From Gammaproteobacteria bacterium (GTDB taxonomy: Bacteria > Pseudomonadota > Gammaproteobacteria > UBA1113), in assembly GCA_965230425.1 (NCBI GenBank), contig CBDDKW010000013.1, positions 117,066 through 181,065 of the forward strand: a stretch of DNA of 64,000 nucleotides, given 5' to 3'. A program made the translations under genes and the position numbers. Positions 37,032-46,661 of the stretch are shown here, piece by piece. Numbering within the stretch: position 1 is the stretch's first letter; each line of letters opens with the position of its first letter. The notes under the pieces are model-generated. The model worked only from the letters and a program-made list of their open reading frames with translations, was not told the origin of the DNA and did not search any database.

Positions 37032-37607
37032 TTAGCAAACATAAGCGGCAAAAAATCCGGCGATTAATCCAACGACGTGTCCCTCCCAAGAGACCTTCTC
37101 ACCGGCGGGGAATAAGTTTAATACTAAGCTGCCCAAATAATACAGCATGACTAGAGCAACTACAATGGAGCTTAGTGAAGGATGATGAAATGCATAGGCT
37201 AATAGGTAACCCCAATAACCCATAATAACGCCACTGGCACCCACATGTAGTCCTTTACGACCAATGAGCCATACCATGCTACCACTGAGTAAAATGATAA
37301 TGATACTGATGCAGTAAAATGTCTGTAAGCCTGAAAGCAATACAAAGCTTAGTAACAAGAATAAAGGGATTGTATTAAAGAATAAATGGCTAAAATTCCC
37401 ATGTAAGAAGGGTGAGCAAACAATACCAGGTATACCAAAAAGTGAGCGTGGGTAAATACCTAGCAAATTGAGTCGGTATTTAAGGAGATAATTAAGCAGA
37501 TGGATGCCCCATAATAAGCCGACGATGGCAAGGACAATGGGTAAGTTCACTTTAACTGCATTGATTTGGCTATCAACGGTGTAAGATAAACTGTTTAAAT
37601 CTAACAT
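37032..37607 (-). CDS. Rhomboid-family intramembrane serine protease
   Basis: 6-TM protein with HLFFN, GASGVIMG (catalytic Ser) and a downstream H in a TM helix. Confidence 0.8.
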   Translation of the reverse strand: MLDLNSLSYTVDSQINAVKVNLPIVLAIVGLLWGIHLLNYLLKYRLNLLGIYPRSLFGIPGIVCSPFLHGNFSHLFFNTIPLFLLLSFVLLSGLQTFYCISIIIILLSGSMVWLIGRKGLHVGASGVIMGYWGYLLAYAFHHPSLSSIVVALVMLYYLGSLVLNLFPAGEKVSWEGHVVGLIAGFFAAYVC

Positions 37608-37840
37608 AATATGACATCATTCTCGTTTGTATGTGGCGGCTGAAGTTACCAAAACAAATATCTCTAAAATATATAATAATTTAGCCGCTAGCCAGATTTT
37701 TCGTCTAAAATGCTTTTGCAATCAGAAAATTAATGAATTTTGGTTAAGCACAAGATAGTTATATATCATATTACTCAATCATGTATTTTTTAGGAGTGTT
37801 TGTTTGTCTGGGCAATAGCGTCAAAAAAATAAAACCCTCT

Positions 37841-37905
37841 AAAAATCACTGGATCCTGCGGTCAAGCCACGCGATGATGAAACTTCTTATTATTCAATAA
37901 CTTAT
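37841..37905 (+). repeat. GC-rich hairpin repeat (REP-like), copy B (degenerate stem)
   Basis: AAAAATCACTGGATCCTGCGGTCAAGCCACGCGATGATGAAACTTCTTATTATTCAATAACTTAT aligns with 22285-22357. Confidence 0.7.
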
Positions 37906-37991
37906 TTTTTTAGATGTGTTTGTCCTGGTCTGTCTATTTATTTGTGTAACTATTGTATAATAAGCTCAGCTCACGAACAATAGAGGAAAAT

Positions 37992-38693
37992 ATGCACAAC
38001 TATCTAATTGAAACGACACAAAGAGTTGTTATACATAGTAGCGACAGACAAGCACGCCAAGACAATGTTCTGTATACCTCCTGTGAACTTGTCCCTGAGA
38101 CAGACATCCTGAGTAAAGATTTCCAGAAAATGTTAGAAACTATGTATGATATGATGTTGGCTTACCGCGGAGTGGGGATTGCAGCTAACCAGTGTGGCAA
38201 GCCTTATCAAGTTTTTATCATGGAATACGATCTGGCAAATTCACGCTATACGGATATTGCCTCTGTACCAAAGCAAGTGTTCATTAACCCAGTGATTGAG
38301 TCTGTATCAACTGAGCGAGTCAGTCTATATAATGGTTGTCTTAGCTGTCCTGGTGAGAAGCGTGGTGAGGTTGCTGCTTATAAAACTATCCAGACCCGTG
38401 GATTCAATGAACATGGAGAGCATGTGAAGCAGACCTTTGAAGGCTTAGCATCTATTATCTTTCAACATGAATTCCGCCATTTATTAGGCGGTACTTACAT
38501 GGATATAGCTCATGAATTCAAATCAGATGAGGAATTACTGCAATTACACCAAGGTCAAATGCCACCTTATCGAGATATTGGTACATCTACGGATATTCCT
38601 GTATTAGTGCCCGCGCAGTACATAGGCCAACCCATTGAATCTGGGATATTTTTTATGGTAGATAACTCTAATGAATCATCTGCCAGTAATTAA
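37992..38693 (+). CDS. Peptide deformylase-like metallohydrolase with a C-terminal extension
   Basis: Motif 1 GVGIAANQCG, motif 2 NGCLSCPG (E to N), motif 3 QHEFRHLLG (HExxH). ATG 37992 is preceded by AGAGGAAAA; the ORF track starts at TTG 37953. Confidence 0.8.
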   Translation: MHNYLIETTQRVVIHSSDRQARQDNVLYTSCELVPETDILSKDFQKMLETMYDMMLAYRGVGIAANQCGKPYQVFIMEYDLANSRYTDIASVPKQVFINPVIESVSTERVSLYNGCLSCPGEKRGEVAAYKTIQTRGFNEHGEHVKQTFEGLASIIFQHEFRHLLGGTYMDIAHEFKSDEELLQLHQGQMPPYRDIGTSTDIPVLVPAQYIGQPIESGIFFMVDNSNESSASN

Positions 38694-39308
38694 AGTCGCC
38701 TCTTCAAGATAGTAAAGCAAGTCGTTGAGTTTCACTTTGTCTGTCAAATGAAAAACGACAAAATAGTGTTTTTTACTTACCTTTTGCAGGCCTATAAGAT
38801 ATATTAGTGAAATAATGGTTGGCAATTATGGGTTATTTGTTATCTATTTGTAAAATAAGTGTTGTTAATAGTCAGTATTGATTGCTAGTAACCGTAATGA
38901 GAATTTTCCTATAAAAATCAATCGTAAAGGACAATTTATTTGAGTAAAAATCCGCTATTAGCGAATTATCACGTTGACCTTGTTACTCACCTGTAATGTC
39001 TATTTACCTCTCTGCAAGAAATGCCCCAATATTTGATCACTATGGCCATCACATAAGCTTTTCTTAATATTCACCATCTATTGTTTGAGTTAGCAAAAAT
39101 ATAACAAGCCAGTTTAGCTGGGATAGTAACTCAACTGAGGATTTTATTTTAACTTTGAAGTCGTATTCTCTTACCAGGTTTGGGAGAAAATATCGATAGA
39201 ATAATTACGCTGTGTCGTCGGCATGAATGTAAAAACTGATTGCTGAAAATAGAACAATAACTTAAACAGATTTTAAATAATAACTAACTTATACAATGAG
39301 GTGAATGC

Positions 39309-42300
39309 ATGAGCACAATAACTGTGACTAATCAAGCTAATAATACCAGCAAGGATGTGTCCTTTGATAAGGGTGCGGTGAATACTTTGCGAGTTAATCC
39401 GGGTGAAACCTATGATTTAACCAATATGCAGGGTAATGTAGCGGCACTTGCGAGAGTTGATGGTACGAATCACGTGATGTTACAAGCTGATGATGGTACC
39501 CAAGTCATTTTTGAGAATTTTATGTTACACCATGGTTCCAGTAACGATGAAAGTCCAGTTATTAAAGTGAACCATAGTGATAATGAGCTTTCTGATACGA
39601 ATGCTGAGAGCGCTAACCAATCCAATTATAATTATATCTTGCCTGCTGATTTTGTTACAACGGCATCTACAGCAATGAATATTCTGCCTGAACAGGCAGG
39701 TGAGATTAAACAAGTCGTGCATAGTCAAATCGATGCCAGTTTTATTAATACTGCGGATGCAGTGGTTATGCAACATGTGGATAAGAATGATTTTAATAAT
39801 GTGAATCTTTCACGCTTTATGGATAAGAATCCTCAAGCCGCGAATGATGAAGCAGCACAAGTAAAAGATATAAATACAGAAGATGCATTACCAACAGATG
39901 ATACTCAAGCAAATGAGGCGCCTATCAGTATTAATGTAGCAGATTCAGGCGTTGAAAAAGTAATCGCAAATGAAACCTATTATCTGCGTCATGAAGGTGA
40001 TGGTTGTAAAGTTTATAAAGTCGATATTGCTGATGGCCAGAGTACGTTAACTGAAATTGCAAATTTTCCTTCTGCGGAAGTCGGTTTGTATCATGCGCAG
40101 ATGGCGATTAGCTCAGATGGCTCAACACTTTATATTACTGGTATCAATAATAGCCACAAAGCACCAATGATAGGAAATTTATTTTCCTATGATTTAAACA
40201 GTGGTGAAATTACCCATTTGGTTACTGATAACCGGTTATATTATACTAATGCGTTGGCAATAAAGAATGTTGATGGTAAAGAATATCTTTATATGACAGA
40301 TAATCATCATGATAATATTGCCGTTTATGACTTAGCAGATATTACTAATGGTAGCAAGTTCCCTGATACCCATGTTTATGGTGGGTTCACTGTTGGTGAT
40401 GAATATGTACGATTCTCTGGTGGCGATATCGCTTTTGATGAAGAAGGCAATCTTTACGTATTAACTAACGATCAAGGGTTACTCAAATTAGATCTGGAGG
40501 CGCTGGAAGCTGAAGTTGTTAATCCTTTGCCAGGAAAGAATTTTAGTGGCTTGAGTTATGATCCCATTAGTCAGTCATTCCTTGTGTCAGGGGGCTATGG
40601 TGATTATTTTATTGAAATCGATAAAAATGGTAAGATTTTGGGTGAGATTAAAGCTACTATCGATGGAGAACCTTTTGCATTAAACACAGGTGATGCGGCT
40701 AGCCATCTAGATATATCCTATAAAGTGCCGGTACAATTTTCCGTTGCTGAAAACAGCGGTGAACGTATCTCAGAATTTACTATTAAATTAGGTGATCAAG
40801 CAGGACTGGAGCTGCGTTATAATGGCCAAGCATTAAAAGATGGTAGCATCATCCATCTCGATGCCAATGCTGATACGTTGCCAGCAAAAGTAATATTTAA
40901 TCCTGATACGCAAACATGGACATTTGATTTGTTAGTTAATGACGATGGTAGTCAGAATCTGGCAGCAACTAATGGTTTAACTGACTTAACAATTGATGGC
41001 AGCTTTACTGTACACCTTGCTGACCCTAGCACTGAATTGTTTAACCTAACAGTGACTAGCACGACGACTGCAAATAATTCAGATGTGCCTGTTTCAACGG
41101 GTGATTTAGTAGTTACTATTGATGCGGCAACGGGCGCATATGATGCAGGTGAGATTGCAATTGTTGCACCTGAGGGTATAGCAACTCAGCATACAGTCAC
41201 GGAACACTATTATGTTGATCATACTGATGATGGCTGCACAATTTATCGAACTAGCATCGACGGTACGCATACTGAACTAACTAAAGTCGTAGATATCCCT
41301 GAGTCCATATCGGGTATGAATCTTGAGCAAATTGCTGTGAGCAGTGATGGTACAAAGATTTATATGACCGGTGGTGCTAGTAGTGGTGGAAAAGTAGGTA
41401 GCTTAATGGCCTATGATATTGCTACAGGTGAGATTGAATCTATCGCTAATGGTATACTGCCACGTACAACCACTATGACCCTTAATGTAGAAAATGGTAA
41501 AGAATTCTTATACATTTCTGATCATAAAAGTGGCACCATAGTTGCCTATGATACGAGTACTTTTTCTGACGGTAAGTTAATGCCTGCAGAGACCTTCGGT
41601 CCGTTCACCTTGGCAGATGGTAAGCATGTGTTTTTTAACGGTGGCGATATTGCTTTTGATGGTGATGGAAATCTCTACGCCGTTAGTATCGGTACAGGCT
41701 TGGTAAAACTTGATTTGAATACCTGTGAAGCGGAAATTGTTAATCCACTGGCTGATTACAATCACTTGAGTGGCATCAGTTATGATTCAGCAGATGATAG
41801 CTTTATTTTATCTGGCCAAGCCAATGACCATTTTATTCATATCGATAAGAGTGGGAATATATTAACACCTATAGCTGTGACAATGAATGATGCTCCCTTT
41901 ACCTTTGCTACGGGTGATATGGCATCAACAGTGAACACCTATTATGCTATTCCTGTAGATATTAATGTGGATAGCAATGGCCAACATATTGCTAGCTTTG
42001 GGATCCAAGTACCTAATAGTACTGATGGTAATAGTGTGCCTGAGCTACGTTATAATAACACCACAGTCAAAGAAGGGGACATTATTAAGCTTGATGTGAA
42101 TGGTACGACGATGCCGGCAGAAACAAGCTATGATGCTGCAAATCAAGCTTGGTCTTTTAATTTGCTAGTGAATGAAGATGGTAGTACTAATTTAGCAGCA
42201 GCAAATGATTTAACACAATTGAAAATTAGTGGTGACTTTACTTTACATGCAGGTAATAACCAAAATCTACCAACTGATATTGTTATTACAGGTACGACTT

Positions 42301-43157
42301 CAGCAAATGATTCGGCTGTGACCATTGCATTTGCTGAGCTAACAATGGCGTTAGGTGAGGAAATCCCACCTACTGTTGTACACAGTAGCATTGAAGTATC
42401 CGCGGATAATCCTTATATCTTCGATATGAGCGATTTTATCTTGATGGGTCAAGAAATAAATGATTCAGTCGTCAGCATTCAGCCAACAAATTTACCTGAT
42501 GGTATACATCTACAGTTATTTGATGGCAATGATTGGTTACCGGTAAATAATAATGACATCATTCAAGTGGATGATATCAATGCAGGCTATTTACGTTTTG
42601 TTGCGGGTAATGATGCACAAGATGGCTTTAACTTCGAATATCAAATGTTCGATGGCGCAGATTGGGGTTATCCTTCTGCATTAACCATTGATGCGATGGA
42701 TCCAAGTTATTCACCCATGATTGAATGTGATGGTGGTTTGAAAATTGCTGAAGAGTTCTTTAATAACTTTGATGGGCTGGGCGATGATTTATCGAACTTG
42801 CTCTATAATGACTTAGCAGACACGGGTACTTTTGTATGGGATAGTTTATCTGATACTTACAAAGATCTGGCATCATTGAAAGATAGCTTAATTTGTAATA
42901 TTAACAATATCGATAATCTAGCGGATATTTCACTGGATAATCTGCTAGAGAACAGCAATATTGATGATATTATCAGCCAGTATATTACTAATTCTGAGTT
43001 AGTTGATACTGTATCTGATGCTATAGATACTGTCGGTGATACTATCGGTGATGTGGCTGATGCTATCTTGCCTGATTCTATCGATATATCATTAGATTCA
43101 GTGAGTAGTGGTTTAGATAATCTGTTTAGTATGAATGATGATAGTATTTTGTTTTAG
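39309..43157 (+). CDS. 1282-aa surface or secreted repeat protein (two 410-aa propeller-like plus Ig-like modules, a cadherin-like domain and an acidic C-terminus)
   Basis: Intact ORF. Module 1 starts about 39972 (ETYYLRHEGDGCKVYKVD) and module 2 about 41202 (EHYYVDHTDDGCTIYRTS), a period of 1230 nt. The C-terminus is D/S/I-rich. Confidence 0.8.
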   Translation: MSTITVTNQANNTSKDVSFDKGAVNTLRVNPGETYDLTNMQGNVAALARVDGTNHVMLQADDGTQVIFENFMLHHGSSNDESPVIKVNHSDNELSDTNAESANQSNYNYILPADFVTTASTAMNILPEQAGEIKQVVHSQIDASFINTADAVVMQHVDKNDFNNVNLSRFMDKNPQAANDEAAQVKDINTEDALPTDDTQANEAPISINVADSGVEKVIANETYYLRHEGDGCKVYKVDIADGQSTLTEIANFPSAEVGLYHAQMAISSDGSTLYITGINNSHKAPMIGNLFSYDLNSGEITHLVTDNRLYYTNALAIKNVDGKEYLYMTDNHHDNIAVYDLADITNGSKFPDTHVYGGFTVGDEYVRFSGGDIAFDEEGNLYVLTNDQGLLKLDLEALEAEVVNPLPGKNFSGLSYDPISQSFLVSGGYGDYFIEIDKNGKILGEIKATIDGEPFALNTGDAASHLDISYKVPVQFSVAENSGERISEFTIKLGDQAGLELRYNGQALKDGSIIHLDANADTLPAKVIFNPDTQTWTFDLLVNDDGSQNLAATNGLTDLTIDGSFTVHLADPSTELFNLTVTSTTTANNSDVPVSTGDLVVTIDAATGAYDAGEIAIVAPEGIATQHTVTEHYYVDHTDDGCTIYRTSIDGTHTELTKVVDIPESISGMNLEQIAVSSDGTKIYMTGGASSGGKVGSLMAYDIATGEIESIANGILPRTTTMTLNVENGKEFLYISDHKSGTIVAYDTSTFSDGKLMPAETFGPFTLADGKHVFFNGGDIAFDGDGNLYAVSIGTGLVKLDLNTCEAEIVNPLADYNHLSGISYDSADDSFILSGQANDHFIHIDKSGNILTPIAVTMNDAPFTFATGDMASTVNTYYAIPVDINVDSNGQHIASFGIQVPNSTDGNSVPELRYNNTTVKEGDIIKLDVNGTTMPAETSYDAANQAWSFNLLVNEDGSTNLAAANDLTQLKISGDFTLHAGNNQNLPTDIVITGTTSANDSAVTIAFAELTMALGEEIPPTVVHSSIEVSADNPYIFDMSDFILMGQEINDSVVSIQPTNLPDGIHLQLFDGNDWLPVNNNDIIQVDDINAGYLRFVAGNDAQDGFNFEYQMFDGADWGYPSALTIDAMDPSYSPMIECDGGLKIAEEFFNNFDGLGDDLSNLLYNDLADTGTFVWDSLSDTYKDLASLKDSLICNINNIDNLADISLDNLLENSNIDDIISQYITNSELVDTVSDAIDTVGDTIGDVADAILPDSIDISLDSVSSGLDNLFSMNDDSILF

Positions 43158-43169
43158 GCCTAGATGTTA

Positions 43170-43189
43170 CCCCGCAGCTTGCTGCGGGG
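43170..43189. terminator. GC hairpin between convergent genes (REP-like or terminator)
   Basis: CCCCGCAG-CTTG-CTGCGGGG lies 13 nt after the 43157 stop. The same CCCCGCAGC..GCTGCGGG module occurs at 29396-29415 and in degenerate form at 4211-4230 and 56576-56595. Confidence 0.5.
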
Positions 43190-43198
43190 TCTTTGTAG

Positions 43199-43942
43199 CT
43201 ACTCTTTCTCGGCAACTACATATAAATATTCTTGGCCATTATGTTTGTACTCACTAGGCATATTTTTATAACAGAAGAACTCTACAGTCTTTGTTTTAAA
43301 TCCAGCATCACTAAGTAATTGTGACAGAGTATCTGGCATAAAGAAATGGAATAATTCAGGTAGTGCACTCACCCACTTTTCTTCCGCGTGTTCAGAAGTT
43401 TTTACGACACCAGGGAAGGTATGGCCTAGAGCTTTTTGTTTGTCAAAAACTGCTATACCATTAGCAAAAATAGGATGATGTGGGGTTACCACAACAATAA
43501 ATAATCGACCATTATGTTCTAGCCAGCGATAGCATTTATTTAATCCCTCAACTACTTTTTCACCGCTAAAGAAATGCAATACTTGTGAGATATGGATGGC
43601 ACTTAGACTATTCTTAGGAAAATCCAAGCCTTCAGGAAAAGGAGCGCATTGTGTGGAAAGATTTGCTTGCAATTCTGCTGGCACACCAGCGGATAAAATT
43701 TCTAAATGCTGCGCGTCGATATCACAGGCAATAACCTGTGCACCATTATCTAAAGCAGGATAGGTAGATACGCCATAAGAAGCACCAATATCAAGCACAG
43801 CTTGCTTAGCATATGCGCTAAAATCAGCAAAGGCTTTACCAGCAGGTGATAGCTCAGATGTCATGATCCCCATGGTATTGGTTGTTTTGATAAAGCCTGG
43901 TAACCATTCCTTTGGCCAGTGTTCTCTTGTGCATTTTGACAT
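43199..43942 (-). CDS. Class I SAM-dependent methyltransferase (probable)
   Basis: VLDIGASYG motif I, followed by an acidic residue at the end of strand 2 (ACDID); 247 aa. Confidence 0.7.
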   Translation of the reverse strand: MSKCTREHWPKEWLPGFIKTTNTMGIMTSELSPAGKAFADFSAYAKQAVLDIGASYGVSTYPALDNGAQVIACDIDAQHLEILSAGVPAELQANLSTQCAPFPEGLDFPKNSLSAIHISQVLHFFSGEKVVEGLNKCYRWLEHNGRLFIVVVTPHHPIFANGIAVFDKQKALGHTFPGVVKTSEHAEEKWVSALPELFHFFMPDTLSQLLSDAGFKTKTVEFFCYKNMPSEYKHNGQEYLYVVAEKE

Positions 43943-44420
43943 AGTATGGCCTTGCTTATTGTTGTTTCTATAATATTAGCAGTAAAAACTTAATTGAGCA
44001 TATATTATACAGGTGTTGCATCCTAATGCAAGTTATTGTCACTGATATACCTGTTCGTTGCTTCGATTGTCGGTCAAATTATATAGGCTAAGAGGCTATA
44101 ACTCATTGATTATATATTCGAATGATGTCCTAGCATTTTTCAATTTCTCATGTAGACTAAACAGTGCAGTCTGCTCCACACATTGTGCGTCAGGCATTCG
44201 AGACTACGCAAAGGTTCGCCCAGTGTAGCCGGCTCAGTTAAGAAATGACAATCCTTACTGCTGCCGTGTAAAAGGCTTCTTCGGAAGCTTTTGTCATTCA
44301 GAGTAGATGAAAAATAAATATCATTTATAATCAACGAGCTGCTAGGGATATCAATTACTTTTTAGGTCTTTCCTTGCAGCAGTTATAGTGAATGTTTAGC
44401 AGCAATCGGATTAACCTATA

Positions 44421-45302
44421 GTGTATTATTTATTATTATTTCTATCCCAAGCTATGGTTGGGTTTAATATTGTCGGCTCCAAGCATCTACTTGCTACCAT
44501 GTCACCTGCATTTATATTATTAGTCAGGTTTGCTATTGCTTCCGTATTTTTATCCCTTATTCATATAGTGCAATGTCGTGGGCAATTTTCTCAAGAACTG
44601 CAAAGGATAAAAGCTTTGCAACGTCGAGATTGGTTGTTTATTATTGCCCAGGCATTTTGTGCGGGCGTGCTATTTAATTATCTATTATATCTAGGTTTGC
44701 ATTTTACCACTGCAGCAATGGCTGGGGTTATTACCAGTGCTTTACCTGCATTGATTGCGATTATGTCGATTATTTTTCTGCGTGAGAAAATGACTTTATT
44801 TTCTCTACTATGTGTTATCTTTGCGGTACTTGGTTTGTTAATTATTAATATTAATAATTTAGATATAGGTAATCAGCATGGCCTTATTGGTGATGCTATT
44901 GTGCTATTAGCTTTATTGCCTGAAGCTGGCTATTATGTGCTTTCAAAAGCTTATCGTAATCATTTGCCGACATTTTTGATTTCAGCAATGATGTGTATTA
45001 TTAACTTACCAGCTATCCTCGTACTATTAACATTTACTGGGCATTTATCTATGCCAGAATTGACAGGTCTGAATATGCTTATTGCTATTGGGTTAGGTGT
45101 GGCGACGGCTATGTTCTATGTTTTTTGGTATATTGCATGTAAGCATGTTAGCGGTTTAACAGCGGGCTTATTTACTGCAACTATGCCTATTGCAACATTA
45201 ATTATCGCTTGGATATTTCTTGGTGAGACGTTGAGTGTGGTGCAATCTATTGGTATGGTTTTGGTGATCATCTCAATTTTGATTAATGCACTGAAAAGAT
45301 GA
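44421..45302 (+). CDS. DMT superfamily (EamA-like) transporter
   Basis: 10-TM protein with a duplicated EamA-like architecture. GTG start. Confidence 0.8.
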   Translation: MYYLLLFLSQAMVGFNIVGSKHLLATMSPAFILLVRFAIASVFLSLIHIVQCRGQFSQELQRIKALQRRDWLFIIAQAFCAGVLFNYLLYLGLHFTTAAMAGVITSALPALIAIMSIIFLREKMTLFSLLCVIFAVLGLLIININNLDIGNQHGLIGDAIVLLALLPEAGYYVLSKAYRNHLPTFLISAMMCIINLPAILVLLTFTGHLSMPELTGLNMLIAIGLGVATAMFYVFWYIACKHVSGLTAGLFTATMPIATLIIAWIFLGETLSVVQSIGMVLVIISILINALKR

Positions 45303-45367
45303 AGAACAAGCCATAGGCATTCTTGATAACTTATCATAGGTGTTGAGTATACTATAAGGAGTAATAC

Positions 45368-45904
45368 GTGATAGAAAAATACATGCAAATGGCTATCAAT
45401 TTTGCGATTGAGAAAAATCATATTTGGCCATTTTCAGCAATCATTGTTAATGAGCAAAATGAAGTGTTGATACAAGCAACGGATTGTGCGCACATCTCAC
45501 CACTTTATCATGCAGAAGCCTTGGCAATCCATGTATTAGTCACCAAACTCAAGCATAAGCTTCCAGCAGAACTGACGATGATTACAACTGCTGAACCTGA
45601 CCCATTGTCTCAAAGTGCCATTCATTGGGGGAATATTGTCCATGATTTGGCGATTCGGCAGATATATTATGGTGTTGATTTAGCGACTATTTATCAATGT
45701 TGGCCCTTTGGTATCGATATATCAGCGGCTGAAATTATCGATAAATCATGCCAAAGAGATATTCAATTGCAGGGCGGTATTTTGGCAGATGCCTGTGAAG
45801 TATTGTTTCAACAAGCTTATGAAAACCAACAAAAAATTAACCAAAACCACCCAGCAATGGGTGTTTTATCTCAGAATGTAGAAGATTTCTATAGTATTTA
45901 TTGA
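45368..45904 (+). CDS. Cytidine/deoxycytidylate deaminase-fold protein lacking the PCxxC zinc ligands
   Basis: The HAEALAI (H[AC]E) motif is present, but the expected PCxxC position reads EPDPLSQSA. GTG start 6 nt after AAGGAG. Confidence 0.65.
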   Translation: MIEKYMQMAINFAIEKNHIWPFSAIIVNEQNEVLIQATDCAHISPLYHAEALAIHVLVTKLKHKLPAELTMITTAEPDPLSQSAIHWGNIVHDLAIRQIYYGVDLATIYQCWPFGIDISAAEIIDKSCQRDIQLQGGILADACEVLFQQAYENQQKINQNHPAMGVLSQNVEDFYSIY

Positions 45905-46083
45905 GTATCTTCACCTGCCTTGTTGCTTAGGTTGTCCAGATGCAATAGTTGAAGTTATATGTCGCGCATACATTACAATAAGGTGAGTGCTAGTTTACAA
46001 TCTTGCCCAAGTTTATTTATAAAGATCGAATGGTATATGCATACCTTAATGATAATAAATTATTTGGGTTTGTTTATTCTGCT

Positions 46084-46656
46084 TTAGAGTGAGTTAATAA
46101 AGTATTGGTGTATTATGTTGTCAGATGATAATTCAGGATGAAATGTTGCAACGATAATATTATCTTGTTTTACCATGACTACATCATCTTCATACCATGC
46201 TAGAGGTGTTACCTGACTGCTATATTGACGAATAACCGGAGCACGAATGAAGAACATTTCTGTGCAAGATTGGGTGAAGATCTTAGCTTCTAATTTACCT
46301 GTGACGATAGTACTGTTAATTTGCCGGCCATATGCGTTTCTTTCTACCTCAATGTCTATTAATCCCAATGAAGTTTGGCTAGGTGAATGAACGGTTTTAG
46401 CAAGTAATATTGCTCCTGCACAGGTGCCGAATATCCCTTTGCCTGTACGAGCAAATGCTATGATAGCATCATCCAATTTGTTGTATTCGAGTAAATTAAG
46501 TAGAGCACTACTTTCACCGCCAGGGATGATTAATCCATCAATTGTCAGTAAATCTTCTGGTTTGTAGACTAATAAGCAACTAACACCAAGATTTTCTAGC
46601 ACACGCTGGTGTGATTCATAGTTACCTTGTAATGCAAGGATGCCTAGCTGTGGCAT
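46084..46656 (-). CDS. pdxT: Pyridoxal 5'-phosphate synthase glutaminase subunit PdxT
   Basis: GILALQG, IPGGESS, the GTCAGAILLA Cys nucleophile, and FHPE. Confidence 0.9.
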   Translation of the reverse strand: MPQLGILALQGNYESHQRVLENLGVSCLLVYKPEDLLTIDGLIIPGGESSALLNLLEYNKLDDAIIAFARTGKGIFGTCAGAILLAKTVHSPSQTSLGLIDIEVERNAYGRQINSTIVTGKLEAKIFTQSCTEMFFIRAPVIRQYSSQVTPLAWYEDDVVMVKQDNIIVATFHPELSSDNIIHQYFINSL

Positions 46657-46661
46657 ATTAC

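Noticed and set aside
44140-44334. 64-aa minus-strand ORF in the methyltransferase/EamA spacer
   Set aside because: It has no ribosome-binding site and an odd composition, and it coincides with a strongly structured GC-rich segment. It is treated as a possible RNA element instead (see findings).
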